From: Octopus bimaculoides
Lineage: Eukaryota
Direction of reading: 5' to 3'
NCBI RefSeq assembly: GCF_001194135.2
Contig: NC_068994.1
Coordinates: forward strand, 35,425,731-35,489,730
DNA length: 64,000 bases
The notes below the pieces were generated by a model, which saw only the letters and a program-made list of their open reading frames with translations, made no database searches and was not told the DNA's origin. This document shows, in pieces, positions 14,466 through 27,477 of the stretch (the stretch's first letter is position 1; each line of letters begins with the position of its first letter). The position numbers and the translations under genes are program-made.

Positions 14466-15023
14466 CATTATATCCAATTAGATATTTCAAAGATGGTAAT
14501 GTTGTCAAAAGTTTTGGTTAGGCTAGGCCTGCTTGATCTGTGCTGCTCAGGGGTTAAATGATAATGATGATGATGATGATGGTGGTGGTGGAAGTTATGA
14601 CGACGATGAAAGAACAACAACATTCCCTCAGTTCACACTCTACTATCTTAAACAAAGAAAGGGGCCACTGGATAATGTATTATAGTTGCAGATATACAAA
14701 CAGACACGATAATTATAGATGGAATTCTTTTGATCGTATGTCTGCACAATCAGGAATGGCTAGGGATTAAGCAGCTACAATAACAAGAAAAGCACATTTC
14801 CACGGTACCCACACCCACTCCAAACCTGTGCACATGACAAGTAAAGTGACCATTTCTACAGAAAAGTCACCCATCTTTTTCCTTTGTACACTATGAACAG
14901 TCTACTATCTTACACTACTGCATGCCCCAACCAGTCACCCTAAATATCGTCATCAGAGAAAAATGAACCAATATAAAATGAATATTACACCATAAAACAA
15001 ACGCTGACTTCTTTCCGTACTAC

Positions 15024-15067
15024 CTGATATCTGATCCTTATCCAAATTAGCCATTCCCTCTTGTTGC
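15024..15067 (-). CDS. Candidate 44-nt distal exon (phase 0 reading ATRGNG*)
   Basis: Acceptor TTCTTTTGATGTTCATTTAG|GCA and donor TCAG|GTAGTA. Frame is uncertain; another frame reads QQEGMANLDKDQIS. Confidence 0.35.
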
Positions 15068-15168
15068 CTAAATGAACATCAAAAGAACATAAGCATATAT
15101 ATGTGTGTGTGTCTGCATACACACACACACACACACATACATCCATATATGTATGTGGTGTGCAGTAG

Positions 15169-15208
<40 letters not shown>

Positions 15209-16196
15209 TGTATGTTTGCATATATGTATGTATTTAGGTATGAAAAATGCTGAGAAAAGGTTGAAAATGTGTTAAATTTGTATTTACATATATATTCTTT
15301 GTTTAATCAAAATAAGTTTAAGTTTTTAGCATAAGGGTGGTGGGTATATAGTTTTACTCTATATATTTGTATGTATGCAAAAAAAAATACAAAAATATAA
15401 GAATACATTTTCACATAATGAACGTTTTTGTATTATAGTTTAATTGAAAATATATTGGTGTATGTATTCATAAATTTGCCATACATAACACAAGTGAAAT
15501 AGAGAGAAGACAAAAAAGGGATCACATGTTTCATCAAGTCCTTTGTTTATAAAGGGGTTTCAGTGAATACATTTTGGTGTGTGTTTTGGCTAAAAGAGAT
15601 TTTGTAGTAGAAGAAAAATCCATATTTAACTCTACATATACGTGTGTGTGTGTGTGTGTGTTGTAGCCAGTCAGAGAGTAACTATTGGTTTTGCACCTAC
15701 AAAGCGCTTAGTAGCATAGGAAATTTGTCAGACTCAAATGGCCAGGAGCACATGACCTCTCTGGTCCTCTCTAGAGGCATTTGAGCTTGATAAGTTGCCT
15801 ATAAAGTTAAGCACTTTATAGGTGTGAAATCAATGGACACTTTCTAACCAGTCATAACAAACAATCTTCTAAATATAATACTACTCTAATGGTTTAAAGT
15901 ATGCTTCTTTTTCAGATATATGAACTACTGACAATATCTGTCTATATATATATGATGATGGCTGAGCAAGTTCAAACTTTGAAACCTCGCTCAATAGTAT
16001 TCTTGTTAAATAATCATAAATTTGTACTCTCACAAATATACTGAGTATTCCTTCAATTAATGCAAAATTGTTTTTATGATAACAAAAAGAACAAACATTA
16101 ATGTATGAATGTAATAAGAACAGAAATGGATTAAAAGTTCTCTAAAGCTGCTTTACTATGTATGTATGTATGTATGTATGTATGTATGTATGTATG

Positions 16197-16612
16197 TTGC
16201 AGGCATTGTTGTGTGGTAAAGAAGCTTACATCCCAGCCACATGGTTCTAGATTCAGTTTCGCTATGTAGTACCTTGAATAAGTGTTTTCTATTATAGTCT
16301 TGGGCCAACCACAGCCTTGTGAGTGGATTTGGAAGACGGAAACTGAAAGAAGCCCGTTGTGCATGTGTGTGTGTGTGTGTGCATACATGTATGTGTGTGC
16401 GTGCACATGCGTGCATGTGTGTATATTTGTGTCTGTGTTTCTCCCCCATCACTGCTTGACAATAAGTGTTAGTGTGTTTATGTTGCAAAACAGACCAGGA
16501 AAGTATGTACTAGGATTAAAAAAACAAAGTCCTGGGGTTGATTGTTCAACTAAAATCCTTCAAAGCAGTTCTCCAGCATGGCTGCAGTCAAATGACTGGA
16601 ATATGTAAAAGA
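16197..16612 (+). mobile_element. SINE family A
   Basis: Homologous to 22611-23006, plus orientation. Confidence 0.8.
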
Positions 16613-17031
16613 AATATATATATATAATTGTCTAATAATCCAGGAGAAAAACAGGCACTCATAAATTGTTTAATAAAGCGAGTATATTACAATAAAATGC
16701 AATATTATATTCTTTTAGAAACCACTTGATCAGTCAGAAATCAAGTGATAAAGTGAGTGATATGAAAGTACATTACTGTATTTCATTAACAATAATATAT
16801 ATATTTCCATGCTGGGATGGGATGGAAAAGTATTTGCCTCAAAACCTTCAAAAACTCACCCAACCAATGGTCATATATNNNNNNNNNNNNNNNNNNNNNN
16901 NNNNNNNNNNNNNNNNNNNNNNNNNNNNNNNNNNNNNNNNNNNNNNNNNNNNNNNNNNNNNNNNNNNNNNNNNNNNNNNNNNNNNNNNNNNNNNNNNNNN
17001 NNNNNNNNNNNNNNNNNNNNNNNNNNNNNNN

Positions 17032-17066
<35 letters not shown>

Positions 17067-17068
17067 TA

Positions 17069-17869
17069 CAGGGTGTGAGGGGTAATTTGTTGTCATTTTA
17101 TATTTTTAATTTTGCGAATGCACATTGTTTGTTTTTGATTTTGTCCATTACATAGTATAATAGGGACAGTTGGGTACCCTCTGTGAAAAAAAGAGCACTA
17201 TGACACATTTCACTCTGCCAGAAATTTGGAAACGACATGCTATACTACTTGGCATTTGCACTAGAAGCTACAATATGAACATTTCAGAGTGTTTGGGTGT
17301 CAATCTGTAGACAATAAAATCTGAGGACATGTACTGAAAGTGAAAAAAAATTAAACATACAGACAACATCATGGTGTTTGGAATGATGCTGACATTATAC
17401 CTCCATTCATCTTCCCAAACAGCCCCACGCTCAAGTACCTGGAGGAGGTAGTGCTGCTCTGCGTCAAGAGAGTGGCTGATGGAAGACCTTATGTCTGGCA
17501 ACAAGACTCTGCACCATGCCACACAAGCAGAAAGGCCCAGCCCAGTCATAGCTGTCAGACAATTTCTGCGACCACATCATCCCTAACATCTGGCCACATA
17601 ACTCTTCAGACTGCAACCCCCTTGATTATTATGTATTGGGCACAGTTGAGCGAGAGACCAACAAACTCCTTGTAACACCAAAGATGAACTGAAGGCAAGG
17701 ATTATGGTAGCATTCATCAACTTAAACAAGGAGATCGTCCAGTTGCAGGAGATTTCAAAGTCATCTGGAGACCAATGGTTGATGCCAATGGCGATTTTAT
17801 TGAATAAATTTAGTCTTTAGTATTTCATGATATTTTTATGTAATTTTGATAAATATATCTGTTAAAATG
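17069..17869 (+). mobile_element. Degenerate Tc1/mariner transposon, DD37D (maT)-like; 3' end falls in a gap
   Basis: Starts TA|CAGGGTGTGAGGGG. Frameshifted transposase GRPYVWQQDSAPCHTSRKAQ...SDNFCDHIIPNIWPHNSSDCNPLDYYV...DELKARIM...VDANGDFIE*; about 37 aa between the last two Asp after gap correction. Confidence 0.85.
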
Positions 17870-17969
17870 NNNNNNNNNNNNNNNNNNNNNNNNNNNNNNN
17901 NNNNNNNNNNNNNNNNNNNNNNNNNNNNNNNNNNNNNNNNNNNNNNNNNNNNNNNNNNNNNNNNNNNNN

Positions 17970-18017
<48 letters not shown>

Positions 18018-18482
18018 TGCTAGCCTCCCCATATCTGTATATGAAGTCTTTGTAGCTGTGTGTGTATATATGTGTATATACATACACATATAAACACATG
18101 TTTGTATGTGTCCATATATAGATGTATGTATGCATATATCTATATCTATCTATCCATTTATCTATCTATCTATCTATCGATATATATATATATATACATG
18201 TACACACACTCACACACTGCAACATTGTGGCAATACAGAAGACTTACTTTCTGACTTTTACTCATGTGCAGTGAATATGATAAGTCAGCGTTTTGCAGTG
18301 ACTGCGATTATTGCTTACACTGAGTTGTTTTGAATAGCATTAAATATTTACAATCAGCTGAACTTGGCAGTTTGATATTCAACTGTTTTAACAGATTCAA
18401 TGCAATGCCATGCCAATCACATCAGTTACTAGTCCTGTACCATATTGGCTTATCAGTTGGTCATTTCAAAGACATATATGTG

Positions 18483-18557
<75 letters not shown>

Positions 18558-19003
18558 GTTTATATATATGTATATATAAGATATAATATGATATTATATA
18601 ATTCAATCTAATCTAATGTTATCTATCTACCTATCTATCTAATTGTCTGTCTGTTTGTCTATTTGTCCATCTTTTTGTATATATAAATACATATATATGA
18701 ATACATGTACATATGTATGTATGTGCATATGTATGTATGTAAGCACTTACATATGTATGTACATACTTATGTACATACATACATACATAGATAGATTGAT
18801 ACAGACAGACAGAGAGAAAGGAGAAAGCTGATTTGAATACTACAGATCCAATCCATCACTGGAACTGTAAAAGTCTGTAAAACTTTCCAGAAGCTTATCA
18901 TTTAAGTATATATGAGCATTTCTAGATATGCAAGTATATGCATGAGAAGACATACATAAAACAATACATACAAATCTGCCCATATGCATACATATAGAAG
19001 TAC

Positions 19004-19081
19004 CCTGTTGATGTTAAAATTCAAATGAAGGAGCATTAGTTCTTGGTTAGAAACTGGTTCTTTCTCTATTGGCAAGAAATC
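19004..19081 (-). CDS. Candidate phase 0-0 exon (DFLPIEKEPVSNQELMLLHLNFNINR)
   Basis: Acceptor TTTTATTTCAG|GAT and donor AGG|GTACTT; 78 nt open frame; unique island between microsatellites; in frame with the exon-3 donor. Confidence 0.45.
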
Positions 19082-19867
19082 CTGAAATAAAACTGCATAA
19101 TGACACACAGACACACACACACACATACACACATGCATACATGCACACACATAAAGCGTGACACTTTTTTGTTAACTCCAAAGCTTGTTTATTTCAAAAA
19201 CGTAAACTTAAATAATACAATAAATAATCATGCAACTAACCCCACACCCTAAAATTAGTAGCCTTCTGCCAAAATACAATATAATTGTTATTACTATTAT
19301 TTTAAAACAATTTATTGTGATATTATTATCAGGTTTGTAGGTGTGGCACAGTTGGTAACACACTGAGCAATAATTAATTTTGTTGATTTAAGACTTAGTT
19401 CAAATCTTGCAAGTTAGCTTCAACATTTCATTTTATTTCACTAGGAAATATTTACTATATTCAGTTCAATAGACTACAGCTGCTTCAACATATCATCTGT
19501 GTATATCTGTGTAGATACAAATTATTTTATACACTAGAAATTTATATAGGATCAAGGCATTACCTGCTGACTGGGATACACCAAAACCCAAGTAGCATGC
19601 TGAGTAGAAACAACAACAGGCTGTTTTACTTTGTATATAGGATTAATATAGACTTTTTATGGTAACTTTTTTGTCATGTCAAAAGCACAAAATATATAAG
19701 TTATACATAAACATTTTGCTGATTGCTTGTGTGGCATACAAATTGCATGTATGGCTTGCTTGAGTGGCATGCTGGTACTTCTCAATAACATCAAAAATGA
19801 AATCAATCACATAACACGACATAAAAAACAGAAACATTCATTAAGAAAGCTTAAAAACAAACTTCAC

Positions 19868-20120
19868 CTTGGGTACAGCTGGTAATGGTTTTGCATAAGA
19901 GGTAAAGCTGTTCCTCATTGGTAGATTCCATGGTTGTGATGGACTGGCACTGCTAATTCTTAAGGATTTTAGATCAATAACATCATTAGATGGAGCATTC
20001 TGAGTCACATTGGGTTGGTAAAAACATCTGGTACTGGTATCTTTAAGGTTTGAGAGTGTCTGTGGTAATATTGCATCGCTGCCTAGGCCCTTTAATTGTT
20101 CAGGCTGACTAGTTTTAACT

Positions 20121-20121
<1 letters not shown>
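19868..20121 (-). CDS. Protocadherin cytoplasmic exon 3 (G-VKTSQPEQLKGLGSDAILPQTLSNLKDTSTRCFYQPNVTQNAPSNDVIDLKSLRISSASPSQPWNLPMRNSFTSYAKPLPAVPK)
   Basis: Acceptor TTCAG|GA at 20122/20121 gives an 84-codon open frame in phase 1, continuing exon 2. S/P/T-rich unique sequence. Possible donor AAG|GTGAAG at 19868/19867; read-through ends VKFVFKLS* at 19841. Absent from the ORF track because it has no upstream ATG. Confidence 0.78.
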
Positions 20122-20166
<45 letters not shown>

Positions 20167-20244
20167 AACAACAACAACAACAACAATAATAATAATAATG
20201 ATAATGATAATAATAATAATAATCAAAATCATAATAATAATAAC

Positions 20245-20690
20245 AATAGTTTCAAATTTTAGCTCAGAGCCAGCAGTTTTGAGTGGAGAGTAAGTCAATT
20301 ACATCAAACCTAGTGCTCGAGTGGTACTTATTTTATTGACCCCCCCCCCCATAAAAAAAAAAGATGAATGGTAAAGTTGACCTTGGCAGAATTGAAGTCA
20401 GAATGTAAAGCTTGCTAACAATTCTGCCAGATCACTGCTTTAATAATGATAATATTAACAATAAGTCTTTCCTCTTTGGGCACAAGGCCTGAAATTTTGT
20501 AGAGAGGTGCTAGCCAATTACATCGATCCCTGTACTAAACTGGTACTAACCCCAAAAGTATGAAAGGCAATGTGAACCTCTGTGACATTTGAATTCAGAA
20601 TGTCGAGCTGTAAGATAAGCTACTAAGCCTTTTGTCTGATATGGTAATGAGTTTGCCATCTTTTTACTTGCCAGAAGGGTAAGAAATGAT
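20245..20690 (-). mobile_element. Two tandem SINE family B copies just upstream of exon 3
   Basis: Same core motif as 23065-23740. Confidence 0.75.
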
Positions 20691-21285
20691 GGAACATTAC
20701 AAGTACAAATTGCGAAAAAAAGGAAGATGGTAAAAAAATGTGTAAAACATAAATGACATGAGTATGTTCCAATAGTAATAATAATAATAATAATAATAAT
20801 GGTATTAATTTCATTGAATACAAGGGTAGCAAAGTCACAGTATTACAATACAAGGCAAGAAATAATAATAACTGTAGTAATAATAGTAATAAAATGATGA
20901 TAATAGTAATAAAATGATAATAATAATAATAATAATAATGTTGGTGATGCAAAAGATGATAACAATAACAGTGTAGTAAAAGCGACAAACAATAACAATA
21001 ACAACAGAAAGTACAACAAAAAAGAATAAATACTGCATTAAAAGCAATGACTTGCAAACAGTCATTATCAAACAGAGATAACAAGTTCTACATTAATTAC
21101 TTTTCCACATTTTACTATCATACTGTATGTAAATCTTATCTCCTGAAAACAACCGGATGTTGTTAATGACAAAAAAGTGATGACGATAATAGATTGCAAT
21201 GATGATGATGATGACAAGATGATGATGGCAATGACAGTGAATGACCTCTTTTAAGGCAGCTCAACATTTGGTTGAAATGCATATT

Positions 21286-21512
21286 TTAACCCTTTAACAT
21301 GCAGATTTCTTTATCAAATGTAATGCTTATGTATTTACATTATTTTGAATTACTCATGCATTGTCTTAAAGCTTTGAGATTTCAATGATGTGCTTCTTAA
21401 CTTTCGGAATGACATTGTAGGGGAGGTGGAGGAGGCAAGATCTAGCTAGTTTGAACTTAAAATAAGAAGAATATTTGGGCTGGTATGACCAGTCTAAATG
21501 CTAAAGGATTAA
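21286..21512. mobile_element. TTAA-flanked (piggyBac-like) MITE family; further copies at about 44785-45013, 50613-50790 (partial), 61968-62193
   Basis: Ends TTAACCCTTTAACAT...ATGCTAAAGGATTAA; shared internal sequence between copies. Confidence 0.7.
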
Positions 21513-22610
21513 TGAACTGATCCTTGAATATACAATAGATACACAAACATGAATTCTTGAGTCAAATGGAAGATGAAAAATAATATGATCCTTTAATCTC
21601 ACCAATGGTGAGGTTAAAAATTTCAATATAAGCCAACAAGGAAGTTTTTACATCAATCATGGGCAACCAGTTTTGAGTAGTAGTTCACATGAGACATGGC
21701 TCATCATCAGGCATGAGGCCCTGATAATTTTTCATTGGCATGCTATTCAGAAAGTCTCACAGGTTACAGTTTGCCCATGACTGTTATACATGTTTACTCA
21801 ACCTGCTAGTCTAGCATTAACAGCTAAACCTCTCTCTCATGAAACTCTGTTTTGAAATGGGTACAACAACATAGTACTATATATCATTTATCTTTTACCT
21901 GTTTCAGTCATTGGGGTGTGGTCATTCTGAGGCACCACCTTGAAGGGTTTTGTCAAACCAATTGACCCTCTTATTTATGTTTTTGTAAAGTTTGTTACTT
22001 ATTCTATTATTCTCTTTAGCCAAACTGCTAAGTTTTGGAGGTGTAAACAAGTTAACACCAGCTGTCAAGTGGTGTCGTTGGACAAACATACACACATATA
22101 CTCACAAAAAATATACGTGCACACACACACACACACAAAACCTTCCACAGTTTCCGTTTACCAAATTTACTCAGAAGGCATTGGTCAAACCAAAGCTGTA
22201 GTAGGAGATGTTCCACTGAGGTCAACACTAGCAACAAAAATACAAGTAGGAGAAGATTTTAGTAGTCTGACATTTTGGAGGTGGGCAGCAGGAGTGGATG
22301 GGTTGCTCAAGCAAAATAGAATGCCTAAGAAACATTGAAATACCTCTAACCAAAGATCCACAAATGTATTATGCATTTATGTATGCATGTGTATGTGTGT
22401 TTATTACATATATATACTTGTATTTCATGTTACTCTAATATATATGTGTACATGTTTATATAGCAATCAGACATAAAGTCACAGGTGACCTGGAGCTAAA
22501 CAACACCACCAAATCAGAACTGCAAATGTGAAATAAAAGGGTTGCATGGGTGGATGTGGGGGGAGTGCCCGACAGAAATTTGAAAATAAAAAATTTAAAA
22601 GGACTCCCTC

Positions 22611-23006
22611 TCTTTTACTTGTTTCAGTCATTTGACTGTGGCCATGCTGGAGCACCGCCTTTAGTTGAGCAAATCGACCCCAGGACTTATTCTTTGCAAG
22701 CCTAGTACTTATTTTATCGGTCTGTTTTGCCAAACCACTAAGTTACGGGGACGTAAACACATCAGCATCGGTTGTCAAGCGATGTGGAGGGGGGCAAACA
22801 CAGACACACAAACATACACACACACATACATATATGTATATATATACATATATACGATGGGCTTCTTTCAGTTTCCCTCTACCAAATCCACTCACAAGGC
22901 TTTGGTCGGCCCGAGGCTATAGTAGAAGACACTTGCCCAAGGTGCCATGCAGTGGGACTGAACCCGGAACCATGTGGTTGGTAAGCAAGCTACTTACCAC
23001 ACAGCC
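22611..23006 (-). mobile_element. tRNA-derived SINE family A (internal TG/TA microsatellite), well-preserved copy
   Basis: tRNA-like head (GTGGTAAG...GGTTCCGGGTTCAGTCCC) and a 3' part shared with many other copies in the window. Confidence 0.85.
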
Positions 23007-23064
23007 AAAGCATGAAACATTTAGTGAAGACTGTTGACAATCAGGGGAATAATAAAAACTCTTT

Positions 23065-23740
23065 CTACTATAGACACAAAGCCTGAAACTTGTGGGAAGA
23101 GTCTAGTTGATTGTATTAACTCTAGTGCTTAGCTAGTATTTATTTTATTAGCTCTGGAAGGATAAAAGGCTAAGTTGACTTTGGTGGTATTTGAACTCAG
23201 AACATTTAGCCAGAAGAAATGTTAAGCATTTTGTCTAGCATGTTAATAATTCTGCCAGCTCATTGCCTTAATCACAATGATAATGATCCTTTTTACTGGA
23301 AGCTCAAGGCCTCAAATTTTGGGGAAGGAATTAAGTTGATTACATTAACCCAGTGCATAACTGGTGCTCATTGAATTGACCCTGAAAAGGGGGAAAAGCA
23401 AGATTGACCCCAGCGGAATTTGAACTCAGGATGTAGCAGCAGATGAAATACCACTAAGCATTTTGCCTGGCATGCTAACGATAGTACCAGCTCACCACCT
23501 TAATAATAATAATAATCATAATAATAATAATGGTTTCAAATTTTAGCACAAGGCTACTAGTTTTTCAGGGAAAGTATAAGTCAATTACATTGACCCCAAT
23601 ATTTGACTGGTACTTATTTTATCATCCCCAAAAGTACGAAAAGCAAAGAAGGACCTCAATGAAATTTGATCTCAGATTGTAAAGCATAAGGCCAACTATT
23701 TCAAAGCATTTTGTTCCAATGTAATAACTAAACTTCAGTT
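23065..23740 (-). mobile_element. Three head-to-tail copies of SINE family B
   Basis: Three units of about 210-230 bp, each with the core TTCTGAGTTCAAAT..GGTCAACTTTGCCTTT.ATCC, separated by (AAT)n. Confidence 0.8.
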
Positions 23741-25221
23741 GAATTCTTTGTGAAGTGATATGTCTACTGAGTGGTGCTGCCCAAATCACTAACATTTCAA
23801 AGGAATAATTGGAAAATGTCTAAAAATTGGAGAAAGTCGATAAATGGTGGGGCGGGGTTGGGTGGGGTGGGAAGGGAGTTTGCAAATCATGGGATGTTGT
23901 TTCTTGGCATTGTCTTCACCATCCATCACTGTCATCATTGTTATCATCATCTTCATCATCATTATCAGCATCATCACTAGCATTACTGTAGACCTTTGTT
24001 ATCAGTTGAGTAGGTCTACAATGCAACATTTTTCTACTTGCTTCAACCAGTGTCATCTTGACCAAAACTAGATCCCCTTCCCTGTGCTTTCCTCCAAAGC
24101 GTCTTGCTGCTCATATCTTTACACTTCATACACCCAGTAACTCTTTACCTGGTAATCTTAGCCATTTACATTAAATAATCAAATTATTAGCAGTTGTACC
24201 ACCTAATCTTATCAGCCAACGTCTGATTCAGAGTCATTTGTTTCTAAGATTTACTCATGCCCAGTCTTTATCATAAATGGATGTATCATATTCAATAGGA
24301 CTTAACCAAATCATTCAACTGTCTCATGCTCAACCATTTTCACTAATTAATATAGGACATGAAGCTGAATTTAATTAACTCGTATATCTTTCAGTTGCAG
24401 ATCATAAGCATTCATTGCTTTCTCTGCTACACAGGGCATTCTAGTAGTAGTTTTGTCCTGAGCCCTAAGGTGCATCAGGAGAGTTATCTGGTTTCCATGG
24501 TATATAAGTAACCAAGATCACAACATTCCCCTTGAATAGGATGCTGGTCTTTCATCAGGTTACTCATTTCAAACTGAGTGAACTGATGCAATGTAAAATG
24601 AACTGTTTTGCTCAAGAACACAACACACTGGAATTGAAACCATGATCTAACAATCATTATTGCAACACCCTGACAACGAGGCCATGTACTTTACAACCAT
24701 GTGGTTTTGGGTTCAGTACATTGCTTAGAATTTTGGCCACATGTCTTCTACTATAGCTTCTGACAAAAAATGTGGAAAGCATATAATATAAGTGTGTGTG
24801 TGTGTAAATGTAGATATTACATAGCTTTACTTAACACCAGCTGAACTAAACAGTGATGTTGACCTTTTTTGTTGATGTGCTTTCAAAAACCTATGGAATA
24901 AAAAATCCATTACTTGAAAAAGAAGTAAAGATTTTACAGCATCCAGCTGTAAAAATCCTGTGTCAAATAAGTCCATGTTCAATCTATGCTAGCATGGAAA
25001 AATGAACAAACAAACAGGACTGCATTTGAGAAGAGTAAAACTTTTATTGCTGTCATAAGTAACAATGTTCTCAACTACCGATGATACTAAATATCAATTT
25101 CTGACTAAAAACAAGATCAGGAATTCTGACAGAGGGGTACAGATCTTTATATCAACTCTGGTAATTTTTTGGTATTTATTTTATTAGAACTTGACCACAC
25201 CAAGATTTTAAATCCTGAATA

Positions 25222-25443
25222 TACGAGGGGGTGCTGAAAAGTTCCTGGAATTAAAGGTATTGCGAAAGGCCTGGTTGGAAATCTAACCTCCCAAGTTCTT
25301 TTACAGGGCCTGAGAAAATTGTAGAACTGCTGCAATAAGTGTGTGAATCTGAGAGGGGAATATGTTGAATAAAATCATAATTAACTAATATTCCTGTATT
25401 TTCTTTTACTCAAAGCCAGGAACTTTTCAGCATCCTTCTTGTA
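25222..25443 (+). mobile_element. Mariner-derived MITE
   Basis: TIRs TACGAGGGGGTGCTGAAAAGTTCCTGG / CCAGGAACTTTTCAGCATCCTTCTTGTA with TA TSDs. Retains the mariner C-terminus (..CNKCVNLRGEYVE*). Confidence 0.85.
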
Positions 25444-26285
25444 AAGGAACATAACTAAATACTGTCAGGAATTTTGTCTGTCATTACTACCAATCCTGCC
25501 ATCCAGAACCCCTAAACTAAATTAATTTTTTTTAACTGAAGCACACAGTCACAAAATTCAGTGTGAAGCAGCAGTTAAAGGCAATTATTTTAAAGATTGT
25601 TACATTCAATAGTAGTAGTAGAACCAATAGAAAAAAAAATTGCAATTAGTATTATATTAATACTGCAGAAGAACTGGTCATTATGAAAAATAAGTATAAG
25701 ACATACAATCTAATAAATGAAAGTATTAAAAAACCTAAATTAAGAGCCAGTGACCCTACAAAAATACATTAAAAAAACCCCCAAAATTCCCAGCAAAATA
25801 ACTGAAACAAAGCAGGGAAAATTTAACAAAGCAAGGACAATTTAAGAAAGTGGAAACAATTTAAGCTGGAGTGGGGTAACATCAACAAAAGCAACACTGC
25901 ACACACCTGAGGCATATGGAGATGATCCTGGTGATGCAATGAAGAACTCGCATCTATGAATAATAATACAACAATAATGATGACAATAACAATAACAACA
26001 ATGATAATAATACTGATAATGGTAATAATGATAAGAGTGATATTGATAATAGGCATTTTTAAAACATTAAATATAATAATTATAATGATAATTTCATTTC
26101 TATTCAAGAACTTTACTTTTAAGAAATTCTTTTCTTAATTTGTTTTGGCACTAGGACAATACTTTGTCAATCAATTTGTCAATGACATTAATCAGTTTGT
26201 TACCAGGTCAATTCCTCATCAATATCCAAGTTGTAATGTCTCCAGATTATTTCATTCTGGTATTACTTTAAATACATAAATTTTA

Positions 26286-26472
26286 GAAAGTTAAAGAAGT
26301 GATTTTTAAATTCTCAAACGCAGGATAACGCTAATAATATAGCCTGAACAGGATAAGCTACCCCTATTTTGCAGAAAAAAGTGTTGGTGGCCAGGGGTAG
26401 CTTATCCTGTTCAGGCTATATTATTAGCGTTATCCTGCGTTTGAGAATTAAAAAATCACTTCTTTAACTTTC
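26286..26472. repeat. Near-perfect inverted repeat: 80-bp arms, 27-nt spacer
   Basis: 26286-26365 vs 26393-26472, one mismatch by eye. Confidence 0.92.
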
Positions 26473-27333
26473 CAAGACATTTCAACGGTTCTAAAAGCAA
26501 ACTTCGTTTGTTTGTTTACGTTTATCGGAATTTGAATTTAACATAAAGTTTAGTTTTAATGATTTCCCCCCCCCCCCAATATATTAATATGTCAATGTTA
26601 TTTACATAACCATCTATAACTAGTGCTGGTGACACAAAGAAAAAGCATGCTGTGAAGTGGTTGGTATTATGAAGGGCATCCAGCTGGAGAAATCATACCA
26701 AAGCAGACACTGGCACATGATGCAGCCCTTGGGCCCACCATATTCTGTCAAACACTATCCAACCCATGCCAGCGTGGAATGTGGACATTTTGATGAGTGC
26801 AGTAGAATTGAGAAACTAAAATAATGAAGGAATTATACAAAAATAGGGATGTCATCTTAATCCATTCTTTGTTTTATTTTTTTTAACACTTTTTTCAGTT
26901 TTTTGTTATTCCTCACATATTAACATAAAGAAGAGAAATCTGTATTTCTTAACATCTGTTCACTACCTCGTTCATGCCTCATTTACAAACTTGTTGCTAT
27001 AGTGACTGGCATAGTGATGAAGAACTGACAAGGCATTGAAGTGACTCAGTGACAATTTGACAAACAGATTGACATGGTAATTATTTAATTATTTGATGGA
27101 CAACAAATTGATTGGTAAAGAAGAGGTCAATGATGAATTGACAACATTTCATTGATTTCTTCGCCATATATGTGATTAATGAGTTTGCAACCTTATGGTT
27201 TCAAGTTCAGTCCCACTGCATGGTATCATAGGCATGGGTCTTCTACTATAGTCTTAGACCAACCACAGTCTTGTGAATGGATTTGGTAGATGGTGACTGA
27301 AAGAAGTGCATTGTGTATATGTATGTGTGTATA

Positions 27334-27416
<83 letters not shown>

Positions 27417-27477
27417 ACACACATACATATGTACATTCACACATGTGTGCATATATGTGTGTGTGTTTGTTGTGAAG

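Noticed and set aside
19895-19925. WIRS (WAVE-binding) motif in MRNSFTS
   Set aside because: The position two before S is Arg rather than the required bulky hydrophobic residue.
22772-23037. tRNA gene or small protein (PRCHAVGLNPEPCGW, recurring at 14367 and 49177)
   Set aside because: tRNA-like A/B boxes belong to SINE heads with no full cloverleaf; the recurring peptides are translated SINE.
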